Below the pieces are notes generated by a model, which was not told where the DNA came from, did not search any database, and was given only the letters and a program-made list of their open reading frames with translations. Shown one piece after another: positions 7,917 to 16,036 of a stretch of DNA of 64,000 nt. Numbering within the stretch: the stretch's first letter is position 1; each line of letters starts with the position of its first letter. The position numbers and the translations under genes are program-made. The stretch lies in the IMG/VR virus record IMGVR_UViG_3300043571_000263, one strand, 5' to 3'. Origin of the DNA: an uncultured virus (IMG/VR IMGVR_UViG_3300043571_000263) (Duplodnaviria > Heunggongvirae > Uroviricota > Caudoviricetes).

Positions 7917-8108
7917 ATGAATGTTATCAAATTATCAAACTCCCATTACGAAGTTAAAGTGGAAAACGGAAAAAGAATGGTAAGAGCAGACAGGTGGATG
8001 GAGGCTACAGTTTTTGTAGATTGGCTCATTGCCAACAATAAAACTCAAGAAATATCTGATCTTGTTCGATTGGGCATCAATACGATAAAAGGACAAAACA
8101 AGCTCTAA
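7917..8108 (+). CDS. Hypothetical protein
   Basis: ORF track. Confidence 0.45.
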   Translation: MNVIKLSNSHYEVKVENGKRMVRADRWMEATVFVDWLIANNKTQEISDLVRLGINTIKGQNKL

Positions 8109-8622
8109 AACCTCAGATTGCCCCACCCCAATAAACCAGCCCCACCTCAAGTTACAATTGATAGTATCTTCCCCGTATTGTCCTACAATATGTAGCGTGG
8201 CGCTTGAACTATTGCCCCAAAACCAAGCATAGCCCCATCTAACGCCTTTATCTAAACACCCAGTTAATCAATTCCCCAAATTATACATAATTGGCGTTAG
8301 TTAATTTATATTGTCAATATAAAAATATAGGATTTAGTTTTTGAGAAAAATTTCTTGAGGGGGTATATTTTTCACCGCCGCCGCCCCCCGCTATGAGAGG
8401 GTGGGGGGTAGACCGGTGTGGTAGGGGTCTGTGATTCGATGGCTTGCTGTCGAATGTGCGCTCCGTGGGGCTGTGCATTACCGAGCCACGTTCGCAATCG
8501 TGCGCTCTTTTCCCATCGTCTCTTTCCCTTGCCCTACTCTGTGCAAGATATATTGATAATGTTTTCTCATCCGTATATGTCTATGCCACTAGGCAAAACA
8601 ACTAACACCCAATACACATACC

Positions 8623-8859
8623 ATGACAAAAAAACACTTCATCCAACTAGCCGACACTATCAAAGCGCAGAGGCCTTGCAGCTTGCAATTATCGGAGATA
8701 TGCAACGATGAGGCGCGAGCCGCGCTGAAACAATGGGAGCAGATGCGAGACGCGATCGCCGACTTTTGCCAAGCGCAAAACCCCTACTTTAACCGCCAAC
8801 GCTGGTTTGGTTATATCGAGGGCAAATGTGGCCCAAGCGGAGGAAAAGTCAAAGCTTAA
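8623..8859 (+). CDS. Early protein (MTKKHF...NP.F...RF family)
   Basis: MTKKHFIQLAD...ADFC...NPYFNRQRW pattern common in phage early genes. Confidence 0.7.
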   Translation: MTKKHFIQLADTIKAQRPCSLQLSEICNDEARAALKQWEQMRDAIADFCQAQNPYFNRQRWFGYIEGKCGPSGGKVKA

Positions 8860-8885
8860 CAAAAAAATAAATAGAACATAATAAC

Positions 8886-9104
8886 ATGTTATTCAATACA
8901 AGCCCGACACTATGGAAAAACTATGGGAAAACAATGGCAATGCAGTCGCCCTCCCGCTTTGTATCGCTGACAATCCACAGTGGGGGAGACGTGTCAAATG
9001 GCGTTGAGCACTTGGCAAGGTTTGCAAGCCGCAGCGAAGCTGTAAAAGCTCTCGAAAATGCGGGCTGGCTAATCAATGGTGACATTGCCAGATTCCGAGC
9101 GTAA
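8886..9104 (+). CDS. Early hypothetical protein
   Basis: ORF track; start uncertain. Confidence 0.5.
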   Translation: MLFNTSPTLWKNYGKTMAMQSPSRFVSLTIHSGGDVSNGVEHLARFASRSEAVKALENAGWLINGDIARFRA

Positions 9105-9184
9105 TTGCTTTCCCGCCTCCCCCTTCCGAGTGAGGGGGGAGTAGGGGAGACAATCCCGCAAACAATCAACAGAATCAAATCACC

Positions 9185-9448
9185 ATGCAAATCACACGAA
9201 TAAAAAACGACATAAACGGAAACTCAAGGCGAGTGGTCCACTTCATCGACCTTGTAACAGAGCAAGACCGGAAAGACGCTCCATCGGACTTTTCAAGAAT
9301 CTCCCATCTTTACAGCGTTGCGCTTAATCGTTCGCGCAAAATCGGCGGAAGAAAATACCATACTAAAAGCTTTGGCGGTGGAATTGTCTTTCAAGCTTAC
9401 TCTGACAACGAGTTGGAAAGAGACATTGCAAAGTTGCTTAAATCCTAA
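9185..9448 (+). CDS. Early conserved phage protein
   Basis: TRI.ND.NGN.R.V.HF...GGRKYH.K.FGGGIVFQ.Y. Confidence 0.7.
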   Translation: MQITRIKNDINGNSRRVVHFIDLVTEQDRKDAPSDFSRISHLYSVALNRSRKIGGRKYHTKSFGGGIVFQAYSDNELERDIAKLLKS

Positions 9449-9551
9449 CTCCCGCACGACGGCATCTCTTATTTGTAATGATTATAAATAACAATAAAAA
9501 AACAATTTGACAAATTGAACACCCACGGCAAAAATCCGTATATTAAAAAAG

Positions 9552-9755
9552 ATGAAAACAAAACAAAAAGCCACAATGGAAAAAATGTTCCGAGATGGGA
9601 TGAAAAGCGGGAAGTTTCCGCACCCAGAAAACAAAGCAAAGGCATTGAAGGCGGTTGCAAGTGAGTTTACTGCACCCCTTGTCAGAGCTTATTGGTCAGG
9701 CTATCTATGCCAATCTTTACAGAAAAAATACTGTGTCGATCTAAAGCTATTTTAA
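9552..9755 (+). CDS. Early hypothetical protein
   Basis: Preceded by early element. Confidence 0.55.
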   Translation: MKTKQKATMEKMFRDGMKSGKFPHPENKAKALKAVASEFTAPLVRAYWSGYLCQSLQKKYCVDLKLF

Positions 9756-9767
9756 AAAATAAACACC

Positions 9768-9971
9768 ATGAAAGCAAAAAACAAAATTGATACGTCTATG
9801 GGGCGCGTTAATCTCCATGTTCGCGCTATCCTAAGGAATCCAAGGGGTGCGGGGTTTTATTTGCGGGGCATCATTCGTGAGGCGTGTAATGTCTCTCTTA
9901 TGGATTCTGTGATCATTTGCGGCACGGCGACAATACTTTTACTGATAGCGATTGACAATCTGATAAACTAA
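9768..9971 (+). CDS. Early hypothetical protein, C-terminal hydrophobic segment
   Basis: AAACACC-ATG start. Confidence 0.5.
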   Translation: MKAKNKIDTSMGRVNLHVRAILRNPRGAGFYLRGIIREACNVSLMDSVIICGTATILLLIAIDNLIN

Positions 9972-10004
9972 TACCAACAAATAAATCCGTATATACTAAC
10001 ACCC

Positions 10005-10220
10005 ATGAAAACAAGCAAATTCAACCCGGAGCGCAGAGCAAAACGAGAAAAAGAATATGAGATTAAATTGAGAAAAATAAGGCAAAGAATTTTTGACTAT
10101 GAGGGAACAAGCAAGGAGGAAAAAGCAGAAAGAGTCTTAATGAAAATCAAAAATGAGTTTCTGCGCCTGCGCGGATTCTCCGACTACAACAACCCAAGTT
10201 TTAATTGTTATCTTTACTAA
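10005..10220 (+). CDS. Early basic hypothetical protein
   Basis: Preceded by early element. Confidence 0.6.
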   Translation: MKTSKFNPERRAKREKEYEIKLRKIRQRIFDYEGTSKEEKAERVLMKIKNEFLRLRGFSDYNNPSFNCYLY

Positions 10221-10230
10221 CAAAACACAC

Positions 10231-10515
10231 ATGAAAACAAAACAGCAAGAATTAGACATAATTGAAAACGCAATCTCACATCTATATGAATTAGAGGCCA
10301 TGATGCGAGCAGATTGCTTCCCTATAATTAGCTTGTCAGAATCGCAGGACATTTTCGAAAAGCAAATCAAAGAGGCGACAATGAAGGCAAAGCAAATTCT
10401 CGCCAATGCAAAACAATCTGCCGACGAATTGAGGCGGGAAAATGATGCCAAAATCACTCGATCAAAAGAATGGGCATACTCTGCATTGCAGAAAGCTATG
10501 GCAAATCTCCAATAA
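10231..10515 (+). CDS. Early coiled-coil hypothetical protein
   Basis: AAAACACAC-ATG start. Confidence 0.6.
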   Translation: MKTKQQELDIIENAISHLYELEAMMRADCFPIISLSESQDIFEKQIKEATMKAKQILANAKQSADELRRENDAKITRSKEWAYSALQKAMANLQ

Positions 10516-10538
10516 ATAAATCCGTATATACTAACTCC

Positions 10539-10736
10539 ATGAAAACAAAACAAAATAATTGCACAATTTGCAATCGACCAATAATTCTGGTTCCAAGTGC
10601 GAGCGAGCGCGCAAGAAAATATGGCAAAAGTCCAAAGTTTTACAAATCGATATTCACGACTCATGACGATTGTTTGATAAACAAAAGAAACATGGAAACC
10701 AGCGAGCTAATCAAAAAACATTTCACTAAAAAATAA
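10539..10736 (+). CDS. Early Zn-binding hypothetical protein
   Basis: CTIC...LVPSASERARKYG...H..C. Confidence 0.65.
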   Translation: MKTKQNNCTICNRPIILVPSASERARKYGKSPKFYKSIFTTHDDCLINKRNMETSELIKKHFTKK

Positions 10737-10756
10737 CACACCAAAATACACACACC

Positions 10757-11134
10757 ATGAAAAAAACACTGACAACATACGATATTGCGAACGAATTACA
10801 CAGCGACAAAAGTGCCGGATGGTCATGGGCTGGAGCCTTGGCATTGGCCGAATATCTTGAAGAATTAGACCGAGAGATCGAGCAGGAAATGGAATTTGAT
10901 GCGGTTGCCATACGCTGTGACTTTTCAGAATATAAAAACTTGCAAGAATGGGCAAAAGATTACTTTTGTGGAGAGGACAATGCAAAGAGGGAATTGTGCG
11001 ATGAATATATGCCCGACGAAAACGAATTATCAGATAATGATGAGGAAATTCCCGACGACAAAATCAAAGAATATATAAACGATAACGGCATCTTGATTGA
11101 GTTCGACGGCGGTATCATCGTCTCATCATTCTAA
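10757..11134 (+). CDS. Acidic early protein (possible antirestriction/DNA mimic)
   Basis: AL.EYLEE...EFD.VAIRCDFSEY; very D/E rich. Confidence 0.65.
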   Translation: MKKTLTTYDIANELHSDKSAGWSWAGALALAEYLEELDREIEQEMEFDAVAIRCDFSEYKNLQEWAKDYFCGEDNAKRELCDEYMPDENELSDNDEEIPDDKIKEYINDNGILIEFDGGIIVSSF

Positions 11135-11153
11135 ATCCGTATATATATCTGCA

Positions 11154-11284
11154 ATGAGCATCAATAAAAACATCCACTGCGCATGGGTAATCTCTGACAT
11201 TATCGGCGATACCGCGTGCAGAAAACATACTACTACATAACAAAGAAACAAGCAATTCAACTATTCAAGAAAGAAAACAAATGA
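11154..11284 (+). pseudogene. Frameshifted small early gene
   Basis: MSINKNIHCAWVISDIIG then shifted-frame YRVQKTYYYITKKQAIQLFKKENK ending in TGA overlapping next ATG. Confidence 0.5.
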
Positions 11285-11493
11285 AATACTATTATTACAT
11301 CAACCTAAACGAACGTGGAGAATTCTTTGCGGACGTTCGTGATGCAAATGATAAGACGATATTCGAAATCCAAGGATTCAGCATCTTCGAAGATGGACAC
11401 ATGCAACACGCAAAAGATATTGAAGGATTGCGAGATCACCTTATCGAATTAAACATCATTGATCCTGACGATCACATTGAAACCGGAGACTAA
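11281..11493 (+). CDS. Early acidic hypothetical protein
   Basis: YYINL.ERGEF.ADVR...IFEDG.M.H..D..GL. Confidence 0.65.
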   Translation: MKYYYYINLNERGEFFADVRDANDKTIFEIQGFSIFEDGHMQHAKDIEGLRDHLIELNIIDPDDHIETGD

Positions 11494-11501
11494 CACACAC
11501 C

Positions 11502-11648
11502 ATGAACAAACAACACACAGAATGGCCTTGGAGCCTTGAAGCAGTGAAAGACTATCTGCGGCACGGGGACACCGGAACCGATGCGAAAAGCCGTCACGCC
11601 CACATTGTCCGTGCCGCTATCGCCAAAGCCGAAGGGAGGAACCCATGA
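11502..11648 (+). CDS. Short HTPGPW/ARAAIAKA-family protein (48 aa, internally deleted)
   Basis: Manual read MNKQHTEWPWSLEAVKDYL...VRAAIAKAEGRNP. Confidence 0.55.
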   Translation: MNKQHTEWPWSLEAVKDYLRHGDTGTDAKSRHAHIVRAAIAKAEGRNP

Positions 11649-11944
11649 AAGCAATCAGCAAATATCAAATCGTAGATCATGGTGTAGAACATTCTCAATT
11701 CTTTAGTGGATGCGGAACTTCGTTTACAGAATACGAATCGGTTTATACAGGAATAGGCGATACACCATTTGAGGCCCTAGAAGATGCGCTCAACGAAGCT
11801 TCTATGGATGATTGGGACTGCGAGCACATTGAAAACGAATTGTCAGACAAATCGGACATTCCGGAAACGGAACAAGAAGATGATGATGAATTATCGGTTG
11901 ATGTAGGCGAGCTGTATCACTACGTCTCCATCAGAGTAAAATAA
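11645..11944 (+). CDS. Highly acidic early protein
   Basis: D/E-rich, GGGAGG RBS. Confidence 0.65.
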   Translation: MKAISKYQIVDHGVEHSQFFSGCGTSFTEYESVYTGIGDTPFEALEDALNEASMDDWDCEHIENELSDKSDIPETEQEDDDELSVDVGELYHYVSIRVK

Positions 11945-11966
11945 AAATCCGTATATATTAACGACT

Positions 11967-12302
11967 ATGAAAAGCAAAATACAACCAGACAAAACATATT
12001 GGGCAACAGGAAACCGTCATGAATTTCGGATTAAGGGGGAAGCCATTATTGACATTTGCCATCGTGGAGACAATTCCAAGTCCGTCTCTCATTGGGTTGA
12101 TGATGTTAAAAAAATGGCAGACAAAGACGGGTTCACTAATCGTCCGACGCCAGAAACGATCAGAAAAGAGCTTGGCGATTTTGGCGCATGGGACGAAGAA
12201 GAATTGCTGGACGACGAGCAAAATTGGAAGCGTCTCCTATGGCTTGCAGCTTGGGACATTTTCGATTCAGATGAACCGGATTTTAGCGAACCCGTTAAGT
12301 AA
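11967..12302 (+). CDS. Acidic early protein
   Basis: CHRGD...IRKELGDFGAWDEEEL.D..QN..RLLWLAAWDI. Confidence 0.7.
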   Translation: MKSKIQPDKTYWATGNRHEFRIKGEAIIDICHRGDNSKSVSHWVDDVKKMADKDGFTNRPTPETIRKELGDFGAWDEEELLDDEQNWKRLLWLAAWDIFDSDEPDFSEPVK

Positions 12303-12312
12303 TAACAACACC

Positions 12313-12522
12313 ATGAAAACAAAACCATTACGCGACACAGTATTTACGCTGCCCTTCAAAAAATGGGGAGGCTGGCACTACATCTCCTTTCCACCAATCG
12401 GAGAGGAAAAAGTCCATGGGCCATTTGCAACACGCGAGTCGGCAAGAGATGACCGAAAAACAAACAAAGAGGAGTCAGCGGGAGATCGTCACTCTTACGA
12501 GTGGGCGTTAGCTAACCGCTAA
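12313..12522 (+). CDS. Early hypothetical protein
   Basis: HGPFATRE.A motif; AACACC-ATG. Confidence 0.55.
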   Translation: MKTKPLRDTVFTLPFKKWGGWHYISFPPIGEEKVHGPFATRESARDDRKTNKEESAGDRHSYEWALANR

Positions 12523-12563
12523 TATCAACACACACAAAATGAAAGACACGCACGACATAGCAC

Positions 12564-12791
12564 ATGAAAACAGAACCAACACAAGCAATGATTGATGCTG
12601 CACCACAAATGCTGCAAGCACTACAAAGATTAACCCATCCAATGGCGAGTGAAGATGATATTGATTTTGCCATCGCAACAATACGTCTGGCTCAAGGGAT
12701 AAAAGAAACTCCTTACGAGGATGTGAGAGAGTCTTGCTACGAAAAGTGCGCGGCGGACAGGATTAGTGGCGATCACTGGTCTAATTTTTAA
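12564..12791 (+). CDS. AAPxMLxAL-family phage protein
   Basis: IDAAPQMLQAL...AIATIRLA.G. Confidence 0.6.
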   Translation: MKTEPTQAMIDAAPQMLQALQRLTHPMASEDDIDFAIATIRLAQGIKETPYEDVRESCYEKCAADRISGDHWSNF

Positions 12792-12795
12792 TCCC

Positions 12796-13083
12796 ATGCG
12801 GAGAAAAATTACATTAACAATATGGGACGACCTGCCCATTCCCGCGAAAGTCCGATCCTTTCCGGCGATGAAGCACCCACTCCATAATATGCTGAAAAGA
12901 TTAGAGATTGGTCAAGCAATGGATTGGCCGCGAGAATTGAAAATGCAAGACTCAAACCGATTGAGGGCAATAATCAGCGTTCATCAAAAATCAACCGGAA
13001 AGAAATTTACATTGCGGACAATCTGGCCTCGCGCTTGGAAGGGTGACAAGGGGCGGACAATCAGAATTTGGAGAACGGCATGA
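12796..13083 (+). CDS. Small DNA-binding phage protein
   Basis: LPIP...HP...L..LEIGQ...KKFTLR...IRIWRT pattern. Confidence 0.6.
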   Translation: MRRKITLTIWDDLPIPAKVRSFPAMKHPLHNMLKRLEIGQAMDWPRELKMQDSNRLRAIISVHQKSTGKKFTLRTIWPRAWKGDKGRTIRIWRTA

Positions 13084-13084
13084 C

Positions 13085-13294
13085 CTACTTGCCCTTTGTA
13101 GCCCATCGCTTTTCTCCGTTCCTTCGCCTCGCTCCACGTCCCTTTCGGTCTGGGCGATTTCGTATCATGGCAAACTTTAACGCCTCCTTTTCTTTGGACG
13201 TGAGGGGCGGCGGAACGAATGGCTTTTCGGCCATTGGTGCGGGAGCCTCCCCTTCTTGCGGGGCAAAATCATGGATAGACCAACTACTTTTCAT
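13085..13294 (-). CDS. Hypothetical basic protein (only antisense gene in early block)
   Basis: ATG 13294, fits gap exactly between neighbours. Confidence 0.4.
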   Translation of the reverse strand: MKSSWSIHDFAPQEGEAPAPMAEKPFVPPPLTSKEKEALKFAMIRNRPDRKGRGARRRNGEKRWATKGK

Positions 13295-13321
13295 TGAACA
13301 TTACAAACTATTCGGTGTCTA
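13294..13321 (+). promoter_or_regulatory. Class M promoter TTGAACA-N15-TGTCTA
   Basis: Consensus match upstream of 13343. Confidence 0.65.
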
Positions 13322-13342
13322 AAAATCTAACAACACGAACAC

Positions 13343-13552
13343 ATGAAAGCAACAATCAAAAAATACACCCCACCATCAAACGGATACATCCTGAGGCTTG
13401 GATTTGACGAAATCACGACAATCAAGATGGCACTTGAATCCAAACTTAAAAACAATTTCAGAAACAGGCGTTCCCAATTTGGGAAGCGAGAGATCAAGTT
13501 CACCACAAAAGCAATGAGAGCTGTCGCTCAGGGGGAAATCTATGTGGATTGA
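13343..13552 (+). CDS. Hypothetical protein
   Basis: AACAC-ATG start. Confidence 0.55.
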   Translation: MKATIKKYTPPSNGYILRLGFDEITTIKMALESKLKNNFRNRRSQFGKREIKFTTKAMRAVAQGEIYVD

Positions 13553-13760
13553 CGCTTGCGGAGAAGTCCATTTTGAATTTTGGAACGGACTGAAACTCAA
13601 CGGAAAGACCTACAAAAGCGTTCCGCTTTACAATCTTTGCTCTGAATACGGAGACTCCGAAGTGTTGGAGGTTTGCCAAACTCAAAACATAAATCCCGAA
13701 GAATACAATCTGTCAGAAATACACAACCACCTAAAATTCAACACATTCCAATACAAATGA
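13542..13760 (+). CDS. Hypothetical protein
   Basis: ORF track. Confidence 0.5.
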   Translation: MWIDACGEVHFEFWNGLKLNGKTYKSVPLYNLCSEYGDSEVLEVCQTQNINPEEYNLSEIHNHLKFNTFQYK

Positions 13761-13849
13761 TCGACGCACTCTTTATCCTCCTGTTCATATTTGTTTTCGG
13801 TTACATCATATATTACAACATCGACCAAATCACCAAATACAGAAAATGA
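13757..13849 (+). CDS. Small single-TM protein (30 aa)
   Basis: MIDALFILLFIFVFGYIIYYNIDQITKYRK, ATGA overlaps. Confidence 0.45.
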   Translation: MIDALFILLFIFVFGYIIYYNIDQITKYRK

Positions 13850-13978
13850 AAGCATTAAAATTATTCCAAAAGAAACAACCCTCGTTGTTAGCACTTCAAA
13901 TGGCTTGGTTCAACAAATCATCATGGCTTGATAGGCTGTTCGCATATCAAAACATCCATCGTTACCTGTCACATTAAA

Positions 13979-14221
13979 ATGAAAATAGCGCATCAAACAT
14001 TCGACGCCATCAAGTGCGTCAACGGAAATATGCACCTGATCAACCAATCGGGAACAATGGAACTGGAGGTCACTCCAGATGAAATAGAAGATTACGAGCG
14101 AAGAAGCGGAGTATTTGTCGAGTCTGATGTTGTTCCTGACTGGCTAATGGGTGAGCTTTTATTGCACTTACGCCATGAAGAAGCATTGTCGGATGACTAC
14201 GAATTTATTTGCTCGAAATAA
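13979..14221 (+). CDS. Hypothetical protein
   Basis: ORF track, ATG 13979. Confidence 0.5.
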   Translation: MKIAHQTFDAIKCVNGNMHLINQSGTMELEVTPDEIEDYERRSGVFVESDVVPDWLMGELLLHLRHEEALSDDYEFICSK

Positions 14222-14246
14222 ACATATCGGACATCATCAATCTTTT

Positions 14247-14435
14247 ATGAAAACATCAACAGAAAACAAATGGATAGCCACAATCCTAATTGTGGCAACC
14301 GCAATCGCGGCAATCATCATAATCGAGGGAGGGGAAAAGCCCAAGACGCTACCCAAGCAAGACACCAATCAGACGGCCCACGTCCTTCCGATGGTTTCTG
14401 ATATGCCGACCAACCCAAGCCCGCTCTCGTTTTGA
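14247..14435 (+). CDS. Single-TM membrane protein
   Basis: WIATILIVATAIAAIIII. Confidence 0.5.
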   Translation: MKTSTENKWIATILIVATAIAAIIIIEGGEKPKTLPKQDTNQTAHVLPMVSDMPTNPSPLSF

Positions 14436-16036
14436 TACCGGAGTCAACGATAAACGACATTACATCACGGGTGCGCCTCTCCGAAATTGCAGGGGATTAC
14501 TTTCCTGTTAAACGGAGGGGCCACCAGTATGTTGCGTGTTGTCCTTTTCACAACGAGAAAAGCCCCTCGTTCTACATCAATGATAACAAGAACGTTTACA
14601 AGTGCTGGGGATGCGGGGCAGGAGGCGGCATATTCCGCTTTGTTATGGACATGGAGCGCATTAGCTTTCCAGAAGCTGTTAAAAAGATTGGTGCGCGTTT
14701 AGGCATTGTTGTTGAGGAGGAGGAATCAGAAGAATCCAAGCAGAGAAAAAAGATGGCGTCCTCGCTTTATGCAGCATCGAGATTTTTCTTTGAGCAACTG
14801 ATTGGAGCTGCCGGAGCTGAAGCAAGGAAACAACTAAAATCGAGGGGATTCACTAAGGAGATTTGCGAAGAATGGGGTATTGGCTATGCGCCTAAAAACT
14901 ATTCGCTCTCAGGAAATCCAGAAATTTTGAAGGGGGCGGGATTACTTTTGGATGGGGGCTATCCCAAGTTCCGCGAAAGAATCATGTTCTCAATCCGCGA
15001 CGAATCAGGAAACATTTGCGGATTCAGCGGAAGAACCACGGCGAACCATGCGGCAAAGTATCTCAACTCTCCAGACTCCAAGCTGTTTAGCAAGGGCAAG
15101 CTGCTTTATGGGCTTGATAAAGCAAAGCGGGACATCATTGATTCTGGCAAGGTTGTCATTGTTGAGGGGCAAATTGACGCAATTCGCTGTCATCTGAATG
15201 GGATTAAAAATGTGGTGGCCCCGCTTGGAACGGCCTTTACCACCCACCATTGCCAGACCATCAAACGTCTTTGCGGCGAGGCTGTTCTTGCCTTGGATGC
15301 AGACAGGGCTGGCAAAGAAGCCTCACGAAAAATATTTTGCGCCCTTGCCCCTATCGGTGTGGATGTTAAATCTGTCTTGCTGCCAGACGGAAAAGACCCA
15401 GACCAATTCATCTTGGACGGAGGCAATCTGTCGGAATTGATAGACAACGCCAGTGGTTACATTGACTCTCTGGCTGATGGGATGATTGGAAAGATCGAAA
15501 CAGCCGAAGAAAAACTGAAGGCTGCAAAACAAATCGGAGCCGCCATTTCCAATTTAGATGAGGGAATTATCAGGGATGCTGTCGTTTCCTCTGTTGCTCC
15601 CAAACTTGGAGTTTCGATAGGCGAGCTAAACAAGCACGTTGCCATGCGCGGCGGTCACTCCTGCGTTCCCACAGAGAGCAAGAGAGAGATAAGCGAGGCT
15701 GTCAAAACCCTCATAGCACACGGAATCCTTTGCGGAAAGGATGAGATACAAAAATACAACTGGGAAATAATCGGAGACGAAGATGTTAAGTTTTTGATTC
15801 ATTCTGATTTCGATCACACCAATCAGTCCTCAATCGCCATGCTTTTGGCCGGAATGAATCCTGAAATCGAAAGCTATCTTGTGGACATTAGCCCAGAATC
15901 GGTCAAGTCTGCACCAATCGGCGAGATTTATCGCTCGCTTTTAGGACTTGAATTGAAGAAGAAAACAGAAGAAGTTGCACACGGCGGGAACATCAAAGAC
16001 CTGATTCCTCTACTCGAAGAATACAAGAAGCTATGA
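14432..16036 (+). CDS. dnaG: DNA primase (DnaG type)
   Basis: CHC2 Zn finger CPFHNEKSPSF...CWGCGAGG, KYLNSP, TOPRIM VEGQID and DADRAG. Confidence 0.95.
   Translation: MIPESTINDITSRVRLSEIAGDYFPVKRRGHQYVACCPFHNEKSPSFYINDNKNVYKCWGCGAGGGIFRFVMDMERISFPEAVKKIGARLGIVVEEEESEESKQRKKMASSLYAASRFFFEQLIGAAGAEARKQLKSRGFTKEICEEWGIGYAPKNYSLSGNPEILKGAGLLLDGGYPKFRERIMFSIRDESGNICGFSGRTTANHAAKYLNSPDSKLFSKGKLLYGLDKAKRDIIDSGKVVIVEGQIDAIRCHLNGIKNVVAPLGTAFTTHHCQTIKRLCGEAVLALDADRAGKEASRKIFCALAPIGVDVKSVLLPDGKDPDQFILDGGNLSELIDNASGYIDSLADGMIGKIETAEEKLKAAKQIGAAISNLDEGIIRDAVVSSVAPKLGVSIGELNKHVAMRGGHSCVPTESKREISEAVKTLIAHGILCGKDEIQKYNWEIIGDEDVKFLIHSDFDHTNQSSIAMLLAGMNPEIESYLVDISPESVKSAPIGEIYRSLLGLELKKKTEEVAHGGNIKDLIPLLEEYKKL

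Larger units (their letters stand above)
8569..11956 (+). promoter_or_regulatory. Dispersed early-gene element (AA)ATCCGTATAT, 6 copies
   Basis: 8569, 9532, 9983, 10518, 11133, 11945; five end 8-10 nt before an ATG. Confidence 0.8.

Noticed and set aside
8569..11956. CRISPR-like array from the AAATCCGTATAT repeats
   Set aside because: Repeats are 12 nt, irregularly spaced by whole genes; no cas operon
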